Source: Candidatus Uhrbacteria bacterium (GTDB lineage: Bacteria; Patescibacteriota; Patescibacteriia; UBA9934; GWF2-40-263). From it: DNA of 48,465 nucleotides. The translations under genes were made by a program, and so were the position numbers. The notes beneath the pieces are model-generated. The model was not told the origin of the DNA, made no database searches, and worked only from the letters and a program-made list of their open reading frames with translations. The DNA lies in assembly GCA_016844925.1 (NCBI GenBank), contig JAERTI010000053.1, positions 1 to 48,465 of the forward strand. Direction: 5' to 3'. Shown here one piece after another: positions 10,303-21,600 of the stretch. The stretch's first letter is position 1; every line of letters begins with the position of its first letter.

Positions 10303-10447
10303 AATCAGGGGTATTGTAGCCGGATTGAAAGGAGGTTTCAAGCGTTTGGGGTTCTCTGGATAGTATTCTTCGTTTTGTTTGTTGCCTTAGACCCTTGAGT
10401 AAAGGCTGATTTTTTGATACGGTGGAAACACTTTTACGCCCTCGCCT

Positions 10448-11053
10448 ATGAATAGCCGCTTTTCGGCCTTTGAAGACAAGTTGTATAACAAGTTTGGTCC
10501 AGTCGGTGGTGCCGTTTTGGCCTTCATATTTGAGGTGGTGCAAATCGTGCTCATCTCAAGTGCCATCATCATTCCGGTTCGCTACTTCCTGATTCAGCCG
10601 TTCTATGTGAAGGGAGCGTCCATGGAACCAAATTTTTACGATCATGAATACTTGATCATCGATGAGCTCTCCTATCGATTCCGAACACCAGAGCGTGGAG
10701 AGATTGTGGTATTCCGTTACCCACGTGACCCAAGTCAGTATTTCATCAAGCGTGTTGTCGCACTTCCTGGTGAGACCATCGAGATTACTAGTGGGGAAGT
10801 GGTCATCTACAACACGGAGCATCCTAATGGTCTCAAGCTTAACGAGGAGTATTTAACCGAGACAACCAATGGTAAGGAGCGTGTCACACTTGGGCCAGAT
10901 GAGTACTACGTTCTTGGCGACAATAGAGACTCTTCGCTAGACTCACGAAGTTTTGAAGCGCTACCAATTGATAACATTATCGGACGTGTGTGGGTGCGGG
11001 GTTTGCCACTCTCACGTATCGGAACGTTCGAACTACCTGAATATAATCTCTAG
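10448..11053 (+). CDS. lepB: Signal peptidase I
   Basis: GASMEP (Ser), IKRV (Lys), GDNRDSSLDSR. Confidence 0.97.
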   Translation: MNSRFSAFEDKLYNKFGPVGGAVLAFIFEVVQIVLISSAIIIPVRYFLIQPFYVKGASMEPNFYDHEYLIIDELSYRFRTPERGEIVVFRYPRDPSQYFIKRVVALPGETIEITSGEVVIYNTEHPNGLKLNEEYLTETTNGKERVTLGPDEYYVLGDNRDSSLDSRSFEALPIDNIIGRVWVRGLPLSRIGTFELPEYNL

Positions 11054-11057
11054 ACTT

Positions 11058-12476
11058 ATGCCTGCAAAGAAAAAAGCCGAGCCAGCAAAGACGAAGAAAA
11101 AGGTGCCTGCAAAAAAGGCTTCAGCAAAAACGGAGGAAGTGCCAAAGAAGAAAGTTAAGACTCCTGAGCTGCTTCGTGGGTTCCGCGATATTCTTCCTGA
11201 TGAGCAGGGGAGGTGGAACATGGTTCGTGACGCGATTCGAAATATCGCAGAGGCATACACCTTTGATCGTATTGATCTTCCTGTTTTGGAGCGAACGGAT
11301 TTGTTTCAGCGCACGGTTGGAAAGGCAACAGATATCATTGAAAAGGAGATGTATACGTTTACCGATCCTTCTAATCGGTCGGTTGCTCTCCGTCCAGAAG
11401 CAACAGCATCAGCAGCGCGTGCGTACATTAACCATGGCATGCTTGAGCGCCCTCAGCCCGTGAAGCTTTGGTACATGGGGCCAATGTTCCGTCACGACCG
11501 TCCGCAGGCAGGTCGTTACCGTCAGTTTAACCAAGCAGGATTCGAGAGTTTTGGTGTGCATGAGCCGATCGTTGATGCACAGCTGATTGTTCTGGGTGTA
11601 CAGATTTTCAAAGATCTTGGACTCGACGTGAAGGTTGATATTAACTCGATTGGAACACCAGAGTGCCGACAGGCGTACCTCGCAGAATTAGTTGCGTACT
11701 TCCGTCAGCATCGCAGTAAGTTGTGTGATGAAGATAAGAAGCGATTGCAAAAGAATCCACTCCGCTTGCTTGATAGTAAGGATGAGACCACACGTGAGCT
11801 TCTTGATGGAGCTCCACAGATTCTGGATTGGTTGGATGAGAAGTCAAAGGAGCACTTTATGAAGGTGCTTGAGTTCATCGAAGAAGTGGAGATTCCATTT
11901 ACACTTAATCCCTACCTTGTTCGCGGACTGGATTACTACAGCCATACCGTGTTCGAGTTTTTGCCCGCTGACGACACTGGTGAGAAGGCGCAGAATGCTC
12001 TTGGGGGAGGTGGACGCTACGATGGGCTTGTTGAGCTTTTGGGAGGACGTGAAGAGACACCGGCGTGCGGATTCGCTCTCGGCATTGAGCGCATCGTGCG
12101 TGCGTTGGGAGACAAGGGAATTGATCCACCACAGCGACCGCAGCCACAAGTGTTCTTTGCCCAGCTGGGAGATGCAGCACGTCGCATTGGATTGAATCTT
12201 TATGAGGAGTTCCGTCAGGCTGGTATTCCAGTCGCCGAAGCGTTTGGTAAGAATGCCCTTAAGGCGCAGCTGGAAGCGGCGAATAAGTTGAACGTAGACC
12301 TTACGCTGATTCTGGGACAGAAAGAGGTGTTAGATGGAACCATTATTATCCGAGATATGGAGTCTGGAGCGCAGGAGATTGTGGATGTGAAGAAGGTTGT
12401 TTCTCTGGTCGAGAAAAAGCTCCGGAAAGAAGAGGGAGTTGCTCCTATTACTCAGTCTCCGGTTGTAGAGAAGTAG
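11058..12476 (+). CDS. hisS: Histidine--tRNA ligase with Lys-rich N-terminal extension
   Basis: RGFRD, LRPEAT, FRHDRPQAGRYRQF, LVRGLDYY, GGGRYDGL, anticodon domain; ATG at 11058 just after the lepB stop. Confidence 0.97.
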   Translation: MPAKKKAEPAKTKKKVPAKKASAKTEEVPKKKVKTPELLRGFRDILPDEQGRWNMVRDAIRNIAEAYTFDRIDLPVLERTDLFQRTVGKATDIIEKEMYTFTDPSNRSVALRPEATASAARAYINHGMLERPQPVKLWYMGPMFRHDRPQAGRYRQFNQAGFESFGVHEPIVDAQLIVLGVQIFKDLGLDVKVDINSIGTPECRQAYLAELVAYFRQHRSKLCDEDKKRLQKNPLRLLDSKDETTRELLDGAPQILDWLDEKSKEHFMKVLEFIEEVEIPFTLNPYLVRGLDYYSHTVFEFLPADDTGEKAQNALGGGGRYDGLVELLGGREETPACGFALGIERIVRALGDKGIDPPQRPQPQVFFAQLGDAARRIGLNLYEEFRQAGIPVAEAFGKNALKAQLEAANKLNVDLTLILGQKEVLDGTIIIRDMESGAQEIVDVKKVVSLVEKKLRKEEGVAPITQSPVVEK

Positions 12477-12491
12477 GTGGGGACGAATCGG

Positions 12492-12520
12492 TTGACAAAA
12501 ATGCCGAAATTGAGCAAAAT
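12492..12520 (+). promoter_or_regulatory. Sigma70 promoter for rpsU
   Basis: TTGACA-17 nt-CAAAAT; AAGGAG SD before GTG at 12562. Confidence 0.7.
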
Positions 12521-12561
12521 CCCCCTGTCTTATTAAAAACCCTTTAGAAAGGAGTAAAACT

Positions 12562-12807
12562 GTGATTAAAGTAAAGCGTAAAAAAGGCGAGAGTTTCGAG
12601 AGCGTGTACCGTCGTTTTGGTCGTCGTGTGCAGCAAAGCGGTAACATGCTTCAGGCTCGAAAGCTACGATTCCACACAGCTGAGCCGAATAAGAACAAGA
12701 TGCGCGCTAGCGCTCTTCGCCGTATGACGGTTACCGCCAAGCGTGAGTACCTCATGCGTATCGGTCAGCTCGTTGAAACACGTCGCAATCGCCGACGCCG
12801 AAGGTAA
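12562..12807 (+). CDS. rpsU: 30S ribosomal protein S21
   Basis: VKRKKGESFES..RRF, basic 81 aa, canonical position upstream of yqeY. Confidence 0.88.
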   Translation: MIKVKRKKGESFESVYRRFGRRVQQSGNMLQARKLRFHTAEPNKNKMRASALRRMTVTAKREYLMRIGQLVETRRNRRRRR

Positions 12808-12812
12808 ATTCT

Positions 12813-13577
12813 ATGTCCCTGTCTGAACAGATTACATCAGACATGAAAGAGGCCATGAAGGCCAAAAACAGCGCAACGCTATCCACGTTGCGTTTGTTGC
12901 GTAGTGCCATCAAGAACAAGGCCATTGATCTTCGTCATGATCTTTCTGACGATGAGGTGCAGGCTGTGATCAAGTCACAGGTAAAACAGCTGAAGGACTC
13001 TATCGAGTCGTTCAAGGAAGGTGGTCGTGATGAGATGGTGCAAGATCTTCAGGCTGAGCTTGAGGTGCTGGGCGCATACCTCCCAGAAGAGATGGGGGAT
13101 GAGGAGCTTGAATCTGTCGTGAAGGGTGCGGTAGAAGCATCTGGTGCAAGTTCAAAAGCTGAGATGGGTATGGCCATGGGCGCTGCCATGAAGGCAGTAG
13201 CTGGTCGAGCTGATGGGAATCGTGTGAAGGCGATTGTTATGAAGCTTCTTCCCTCACTCGCGCTCGTGCTTGCCGGAACGTTCACGCACACAACATCAGC
13301 CCTGGCAGCCATTCCACTGGATTCAGAATTGGGCAGCATCGGGTTCTCTGCGGACTTCATGGTAATGGGACTTCGAGCCTTTCGTGTCATTATTCTCTGG
13401 TTCGGGATCGCTGCGATTGTAAACATTTTGAACGGAGGATTTCAGTACATGACATCTTCCATGCGTGACAAATCTCATGAGATAGCCATGGGTAAGATCA
13501 CCATGGGGTTGTTTGCCACAATAATCGTCGCAGCAATGTTTGCTTCCGTCACGATTATCTTGCAACAAATCGGATAG
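12813..13577 (+). CDS. yqeY: GatB/YqeY domain protein fused to a C-terminal VirB2/TrbC-like pilin domain
   Basis: aa1-146 typical YqeY (DMKEAMKAK..LRLL, YLP, MGAAM..VAGRADG); then signal-like MKLLPSLALVLAG...ALA and a two-TM ILNGGFQYMTS motif. Confidence 0.85.
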   Translation: MSLSEQITSDMKEAMKAKNSATLSTLRLLRSAIKNKAIDLRHDLSDDEVQAVIKSQVKQLKDSIESFKEGGRDEMVQDLQAELEVLGAYLPEEMGDEELESVVKGAVEASGASSKAEMGMAMGAAMKAVAGRADGNRVKAIVMKLLPSLALVLAGTFTHTTSALAAIPLDSELGSIGFSADFMVMGLRAFRVIILWFGIAAIVNILNGGFQYMTSSMRDKSHEIAMGKITMGLFATIIVAAMFASVTIILQQIG

Positions 13578-13586
13578 TGAAAAAAT

Positions 13587-13615
13587 AAAAACAGATTCGT
13601 AAGAGTCTGTTTTTT
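13587..13615 (+). terminator. Intrinsic terminator
   Basis: aaaaacagattc-gtaa-gagtctgtttttt. Confidence 0.75.
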
Positions 13616-13687
13616 CATATCCACAGTTTTACCTGCTCGTTTATGGGTACATGCGGTACAATAGGTGCACGCAAAGGCGTATTACAC

Positions 13688-15610
13688 ATGCGACGCCTGA
13701 TGACCCATACAAGGCACCCCGTTTTCTCTCGCGCGGCCACATTTGCCGTAGTGAGTTTTTGTGTTTTACTCCTCTGGTTCCTTGGGGCAAAAGAGGTTGC
13801 TGCACAAACGGCTTTTGAACGGTTTGGCGATGCGACGACACTTTCTCAAGATCCAATCGGGATCATCATTGCGCGTGTCATTCGGGTGTTCCTCGGTTTG
13901 ACGGGTGTTATCCTAACCGCGTTGGTGGTCTATGCAGGTTACCTGTACATGACGGCACAGGGGGTTCCAGCTCAGATTGAGAAAGCAAAGAACATCATCA
14001 AAAATGCCGTCATTGGTTTGGTTATTATATTCTCTTCATTTGCGATTACTACCTGGATTTTGAATGCCCTTCTAGATGCCACATACACTGGCAGTGTTGA
14101 AGCTGTTGCGGATAGTTATTCTGAGCCGTTTAGCACAGCACTAGGTGCAGGTGTGCTTGAGGATCATTACCCAGAACGGAACGCTTCAGATATTCCGCGG
14201 AATACCAATATTTTTGTCACGTTTAAGGAGGCGATTGAAGTTTCTAGCATTATTAAGGATTACGATACAGATCCAACGTCCACTGACTTGAACTTAGACA
14301 GTGTTCTTATCTACCCGACGGAAGATGGAGTCGGATCAGCACTTGCCACAGACGCCGTTCAAGTTTCCGTCACGGACGATCACGAGATTTTCGTATTTGA
14401 CCCGGTTGATTATCTTGGGAATGCAGAGACGGATACAAACTACACAGTCGTATTAACCTCTAATATTGAGACAGAGGATGGCGATCCTGCCTTCACGGGT
14501 TCGTCAGTGAGTGGGTATGATTGGACCTTTGAGGTTTCAACAGAAATCGACTTGACCCCACCGTATGTCGTGTCAGTTGTACCTGCCGCCGAGTCAGAAG
14601 AGCCGCGTAATATAACGATCGAGATCAACTTTTCGGAAGCAATGAATCCTATTGCTGTAACGGGAACCTATGACGGGTCAACGGAGCTCTTTTCAAATCT
14701 TACGGCCATTGCTGAAACGAGTGGTCAAGTAAATGGCACCTGGGAAATTTCAAATGGATACAAGACCGTCGGATTCACAACAACAGATGCCTGTGGGGAA
14801 GATCCATGTGGTGACATTATTTACTGTCTCCCAGGGGAAGAGGAGATCGACGTGACGGTGAAGGCGGCTACGATTAACGAGGATGATCCACCACAAGCTG
14901 CTATTGGAAGTCCGCTTTACGATGGTGCAGCCGATGCAGCGAGCAACTCGCTTGATGGTGACAATGACGAGGTTGCTTGTGGATCAGATTCAAACACGAT
15001 TACCTGTCCTGATGGCGACGATAACGACAACTACGAGTGGAGTTTTGAGACGACAGATGAGATCGAAGACACGGTTCCGTACATCACAGCGCATTATCCC
15101 GATATCAGCGAGGGGGAGATTGATCAGACAGATCCAGTAGCGGTCTCTTTCAACGGGTACCTAAAGTCCTCAACAGTTAACACGAGCTCAGTATCGCTTT
15201 GGCCAGATCCGTACTACGGCATGTGGTTCAATGTGCGTAAGACCGATGATTACGATGAGGATGGCACATTAGATTCGTCAGATTTTGATGGTGATGGTAT
15301 TGAGGAGTTCTTTAATACAGTCATGATTCAGCACCCAACGTTTGTGAGTACTGATGAGGGTGGTTGGGACTACTGGCCTGTGCTGACAAACGATATCAAG
15401 AGCACGTATCAAATCTGCATGTTCCCAGCGATGGATGAACTCAGTTGTGGTGATCCAGATGACCCACCACCAATACGATCTTCCTCCGCGCCATGGTGTT
15501 GTGAGGGCCGTCCAGGTACAAGTGAGTGTCAGACGGACGCACAGTCACTGCTGCCAACGCCGTCTGAGGGTGACATCGTTCTCCCAAATAATATCGAAAC
15601 CGCACTTTAG
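13688..15610 (+). CDS. VirB2/TrbC-like pilin domain plus two Ig-like (Big_5-type) domains; surface protein
   Basis: Signal peptide (VAA/Q), VYAGYLYMTAQG...[15 protein letters not shown] pilin motif, P-N-x-P-R-N...F...Y..W.F.T Ig repeats; start placed downstream of TACAAT at 13657. Confidence 0.85.
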   Translation: MRRLMTHTRHPVFSRAATFAVVSFCVLLLWFLGAKEVAAQTAFERFGDATTLSQDPIGIIIARVIRVFLGLTGVILTALVVYAGYLYMTAQGVPAQIEKAKNIIKNAVIGLVIIFSSFAITTWILNALLDATYTGSVEAVADSYSEPFSTALGAGVLEDHYPERNASDIPRNTNIFVTFKEAIEVSSIIKDYDTDPTSTDLNLDSVLIYPTEDGVGSALATDAVQVSVTDDHEIFVFDPVDYLGNAETDTNYTVVLTSNIETEDGDPAFTGSSVSGYDWTFEVSTEIDLTPPYVVSVVPAAESEEPRNITIEINFSEAMNPIAVTGTYDGSTELFSNLTAIAETSGQVNGTWEISNGYKTVGFTTTDACGEDPCGDIIYCLPGEEEIDVTVKAATINEDDPPQAAIGSPLYDGAADAASNSLDGDNDEVACGSDSNTITCPDGDDNDNYEWSFETTDEIEDTVPYITAHYPDISEGEIDQTDPVAVSFNGYLKSSTVNTSSVSLWPDPYYGMWFNVRKTDDYDEDGTLDSSDFDGDGIEEFFNTVMIQHPTFVSTDEGGWDYWPVLTNDIKSTYQICMFPAMDELSCGDPDDPPPIRSSSAPWCCEGRPGTSECQTDAQSLLPTPSEGDIVLPNNIETAL

Positions 15611-15613
15611 TAC

Positions 15614-18600
15614 ATGAAACGTTTCCATTTCCCACGTCTAGCCGGCTTCTTGCTGGCGCTGACCATCAGCGCTGGCCTTGTCTTTGCGCCGCCGGTAATG
15701 GCTCAGACAGTGGATTTTGAAGCGTTTGCAACGGCCGCAGGGTTCTCTACAGATGCGGACGTCACGGTCATTATTGCGAGGTTGATTCGAACGGCCATTT
15801 CTCTTGTGGGGGTGATTGCTGTTGTGCTGATTATCATCGGAGGCTTTAAATTCATCACTGCCGCTGGTGACCCCACAAAAGTTCAGTCTGCCAAACGAAC
15901 GATCATGAATGCGGTGATTGGTTTGGTGATTGTGTTTGCTTCCTTTGCGATCACACAGTTTATTTTGAATGCGCTTGTTGATGCGACGGGGGGTACGGTG
16001 ACTGGCACCTCATCGAGCTACACCTCAACTTCAACATCAAGTACTACGAGTTCACAGTTTTATCTAAGTTCTTTGAACAATGAATGTTCAGAGGCGTTAA
16101 AGAACTTGCAGTTACAATTTGTCTTTTCCAGGAGTGTTGATGCTTCATCAACAGCGCTTGGTATTTTGGTTCAGGATGATGGGGCGGATGTTGATGGCAC
16201 CTTTGATATTTCTGGAAGATCGGTGACGTTTACGCCAAATCAAGTTTGTCCAGAGGACTCCTCGCAATATTGTTTTGATGCATCAACCGACTACACGGTG
16301 GACGTTGTCTCTGGAGTTTTGGTGTCCACCTCCGGCGCAGACCTTGTTTGTACAGATGCCTATCCGTGTAATTTCTCGTTTACAACAGGAACGGAAATTG
16401 ACACAGAGGGACCCACCATGGAGATCGATGATCCAGAAGACGGAGATTCCGTCTATCAAGATGGCGACCCTACAAAGCTTTGGGCAAATACAACGGATGA
16501 CACAGGTGTATCGACCGTTGATTTTTACGTTGTTACAGGTGACTCAGCTATCTACACGGCAGGAACAGACTTCTCAACCGAAGGCGTGCTTACTGGCGGC
16601 GATGCGGTAAATACGTTCTTTACGGACGATGCTGAAGAGTGGGACACAACAGGATACGTGACGAACCAGGAGTATCGTATTTGGGGAAAGGCCTATGACT
16701 GTGCAGGTAACACGGCCACTGCAGGTAGAATTGAAATTGTATTGCGTGCCGCAAACTGTAATAACGCCACTATTGATACAGAACTTGGGGAGGAGGAGTT
16801 GAACTGTGGTGGGGACTCAGACAGTGAGTATTACTGTGGTGCTTGTGCTGGGGCTGCTTGTGAAGAAGATTCCGACTGCTCTAGTGGTGAGTGTGTAGAT
16901 GGTGTCTGTGTTGATCGTGTAAAGATCACAGACATGTCACCTGGTGATGGTGCTGAAGGGAACCTTGTGACCATTGAAGGAGCTTCTTTTGGAAGTACGC
17001 CTGGAACGGTGACGTTCTTGGGTGGTGATGGGGATGATGACGATGTTGATACGAGTGCTTACACGTGTAATGCAGAGGTGCAGTGGTCTGACACAGAGAT
17101 TATTGTCGAGATTCCTACGGGGGCCGTAGATGGATATATCGCGGTAACGACAGCAGACGGGGATACGGACACGACCAATGATGACTATGGTCCGAACATG
17201 GCTGAGTTTGATGTAAATGCGATTGTTCGCTCTGGTATCTGTCAGCTCTCGCCCGATAGCGGAGAGCCAGAGACGTCCGTGGGTGTTTACGGAATTGGAT
17301 TTGGGTCATCTCAGGGAACATCGGAATTTCTCTTTGGGTCATACACCCCAGGAACATACATTTCATGGGCTGATGAAGAGTATATTGAGGTGTCCGTGCC
17401 AAATGTGAACAGCGGTGTCTACAAGGGGCAGGTCATAACAGGGGATTACGTTTGTATTGACTCCGGTGGAACATCCACAGGAGTCACTTGTAGCGAGGAC
17501 AGTGACTGTAATACTGATGGTGGCGAGAGTTGTGCGACTGGTTGGTGCTCAGAAACTCTTCATTACTGTGAAGAGGATGACGACTGTGGTGATGATGACG
17601 GGACCTGCGAGTCCATCATTGTCGGCTCTAATAGGGTGAGTTACACCATTGAAGATATTGACGCAGATGTCACGCCGGTCATTTCATCTATCGATAGCGG
17701 GTGGACGGCCTGTGAGGGTGGTTTTAATGCTGGTGATCGTTGTTCTGATGATGATGATTGTGGGGCGGGAACATGTGAGGACGCTGGAGATACTGGTCCG
17801 CCAGGGCAGTACATCACGATTTACGGAACGGGATTCGGTACGACAGAAGGACTCGTTTGGTTTGAGAACCAAGACTCAGGTGTCTATGCCTTAGGTGATA
17901 CGGAGTTCCCAGATGTGTGTGGGGACGATTTTTGGCATTCCACGTCAATCACGGTGAAGGTGCCGGAGGAGTACAATACAGACTCTCCGACGGCTGTTGA
18001 TTTTGATGAGTATAATTTGACGGTTGAGCGACCTGATGGCGGTGAGTCTGACGCCGTCGATTTTGAAATTTTGGATGACACCCCTGGGCCATCTGCTTGT
18101 CGCATCACCCCATCGGCTGGTCCTGCTGGTACAAGTGTCACGATTTACGGTGAGAACTTTGGTGACAGTGGTGACGTTGAGTTTTATTCAGAGGAAACCG
18201 CTTCTGTAGGCGATTGGGATAACGATGAGCTGAGTTACGTTATTGTTCCTTCTGCGGCTCTTACGGGTCCTGTGGCAGCGACAGAAGACACAAGTGGTTA
18301 TAGTTCAAACTCGTTGAATTTTTCTGTAGGCGACTGTCGTGAAGACGCAACGCTTTGTTCTGAGGCTGAGGCTTGCTGTGCAGATGGTTCCTGTTCCTCA
18401 AGTTGTCCTGCATCAACCGAAGTCTCCAGTCATTACGCCTACAAAATCTCCACGGGCATTACACCGCTGGTTCCTGAGGTGGTGATTCAGTGTTCTGATA
18501 GTGCGAAGTCTCCATCCCCATGGGAGGGTTGGAGTGACCCAGAGGACATTTGTATCGATGCAAACATCCGCGCAGATTTCACTCTCGCTATTGATCCGAC

Positions 18601-21600
18601 AACGTTGAACGGATCGACGGTTGTGGTGGAGCGTTGTGATACAGAAGATGGAGAAGGGGGCTGTACGGAAGCTGGGTGGAGTACCGTGGATTCGACAGAT
18701 TTCTCGTTTGTCCGCACGGATACAACCGTTATTTTGCAACCAGTTAGTTTCCTCGCGCAAGATACGTTGTACCAGGTAACGCTTGATGGTGATGGCACGC
18801 TTCCAGACATTCAAGCGACAGCGGCTGCCGGTGGCGGATATCTCGACGGGAATTTTAGTTGGCAGTTCCGCACACGTGAGAGCACGGACCAGTGTGAGGT
18901 CGGCGATGTATTGATTACGCCTAATGAGCATACTGCCACAGAAGTTGGAACCATTTCTTACTACGCTTCGCTTGTTGCTGCGGGTGACAGCTGTGTCACC
19001 ATTTCTTGTAGTGGTTATGAGCTTGAGTGGGATGCTGATAGTTCTGCAGCCACGATTCCAACAGAGGAGCCTGGAGTAGGTATTTGCGATAACACGGTGG
19101 TGGCGGTATCAGAAACGCCAGCTGAGACTCCTGTGATTATTTCTGCTGAGGTAGATGCCGAAGGAACACCATCGGGCGATGGGGATCTTTATATCAATTT
19201 TGTTGATCCTGAAGTTGAGGACTACTTCCCAGACTGTTCCACAGCCTGTATCAACGCGTTGCCGTATGCAGAGTTCAACGTCGCCATGGATGACAGTTTT
19301 ACCTATGGTGCAAGTGGCAACATTCGTATGGCTGAGTGTCCTGACTCACTCTGTCATATAGATGAGATCGATTACGATGCCGTGGATTTTGTGAGCTCAG
19401 CGTCCTATTCAGATACAACACACATACTTTCTATCGTCTTCAATTACGAGGAGACTATGGAAGCGAATACCTGGTACCGAGTATGGATCGATGGGGAGGT
19501 TGAGTCAGCTACAGGAGTAGCACTTGAGGAGTCTGGGTCAAACTACGGCACCGAAGCAAACCTTTATTTTGAAGATGACTTCTCTTGGAAGTTTAAGACC
19601 AAGGACTCAGATGTCACCTGTGATATCGATTCGGTTTCTGTGAATCCGTCCTTGATCAACATGAGTTACATCGGCGAGCGTGCAGAGTTTGATGCGACAG
19701 CTGTCGGTGAACCAGATGACTGTTCGGCAAGCGGGCAAGCACTACAGGCAGGTGACTACACATGGGACGCGTGGACAGCGACGGATAATCCCGACACGAT
19801 TACACCTGCCAGCGGAACGTCTACGACACAAGAAAACATTGTGGCCTACATGGTTGCTGACGGCGCCATCGATCTCACGGATGAGATTCCTGCGTACTGC
19901 ACAACCTCTTGTTTGTACGCCGGTGCACCGGTAACAGAGTTTGACGCAGTTTGTGGAGATAATAGCGTTGATACAGGAGAAGACTGTGATGACGGAAATG
20001 ATGCTAATGGCGACGGTTGTTCATCCACCTGTCTTTATGAGACGGATGAGGTGAGTCAGTGTGCACAGGAGTGTTCTGGATCTGGAGCGACATGTACATC
20101 AGATAGCTCCTGTGAGGAAACGTGTGAGAGCGCAACATGCTCAAGCGCCTCTGACGTTGGGAATGCTTGTACGGCTGATGAAGATTGTGACAGTGGTAGT
20201 TGTGGTGACGAGGCGACCTGTGAAGATTACGAGGATGCAGACAACGAATGTTCCAGCAACGACGCCTGTTCAGGTTCCTGTGTTGGAGAGTGTTCTCTCA
20301 CAGGAAGTAGTTGTTCAGGACCTGACACAGACTGTTCTTACTCCAGTGGTGATACCTGTGACATCACGGGTATTGGCTGTTGTGGTGATGGAACCCTCAA
20401 TGCAGGGAACTTTGAAGAATGTGACGACGGCAACCTCTCCAGTGGCGATGGCTGTTCATCAAGTTGCCAGAACGAAGGATCTTCATCTGTTGGCGCTGCC
20501 TGTGGGGATGGATCACGTGATTACAACCCGAGCCAGGGTGGAGAAGATTGTGATGATGGCAACAATGTTAGCGGTGATGGCTGTTCAAGGCAGTGTTTGA
20601 ACGAGGGGTCTACCTCTGATGAAGATGCGTACTCCAGCTGTGGAGACGGATTCATTGGCCTAGGTGAAGAGTGTGACGATGGGACAACGGATGGACTCGA
20701 TGGCGTCATGGAAGACGGTGATGGTTGTTCTGTTGCTTGTTTGAACGAAGGTTCATTATCTATTGGTGCGACATGTGGAAATGGAAGTCGTGATTACACA
20801 CCTATTGAAGGAGGGGAGGATTGTGATGATGGAAATACAGAGAACGGCGACGGTTGTTCATCTGACTGTTTGAATGAAGGCGCCTCTTACAACAATACGA
20901 TTATTTCGTTCTGTGGCGATGGAGACATTACCTGGCTTGAGGCCCGGGGAGGTGAGGAATGTGACGCTCCTACCACCGCAACGTATGTCAACGGCGATTA
21001 CGCTGTAAGTGTCGTGGCAACAGGTGCACCGATGGAGGTGGATTCAGCAACATCACTTGCAACCTCTGATATTTCTGTGACAGCCGAAGATGAAACAGGG
21101 ACAGCCAATCTTCAGCTCGAATGTTCTTGTACGATGGACTACATGTGTTCTACAGATGGATCACTTGGTTGTGGTGATTCTGGTTGTTGTGTGCCACGTC
21201 CTGAATATGGAACGATCAATCCAGCAGATAATACGTCTGCACCTGGTGATGGTCACTGTCGAAACACGGCTGTGTGGGTTGAGTTTACGGAAGACATGAA
21301 TGAGCTGACCTTTGATGAGAGTGTGGATGAAAATGATGATGGGGTGATTTCAGATGACGAGTTTGATGCAAATCTTTATCTTGATCTTGTCGAGCTAGAA
21401 GGATCAGAGGTGACAAGCGCAACGTGTCCGACAGACGATGGGTACGTTGGAGTTTCGTTTGCCATGGAGGACCAGCCAATCTTGGTTCGCGCCTGGAGCT
21501 GGTTGAAGCGAACCGTACTTGGATTCTTTGGTCGCACAGCGGTTGCTTCAGATGCCTACGGTTGTTACGTCCCTGTCACCTACGAGACCATGCGTGTTGA

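Noticed and set aside
13643-13687. Upstream starts given by the ORF track (also 10953, 26346, 27988, 38256, 39261, 40069, 42764, 43229)
   Set aside because: They overlap promoters, repeats or upstream genes; downstream ATGs fit domain boundaries better
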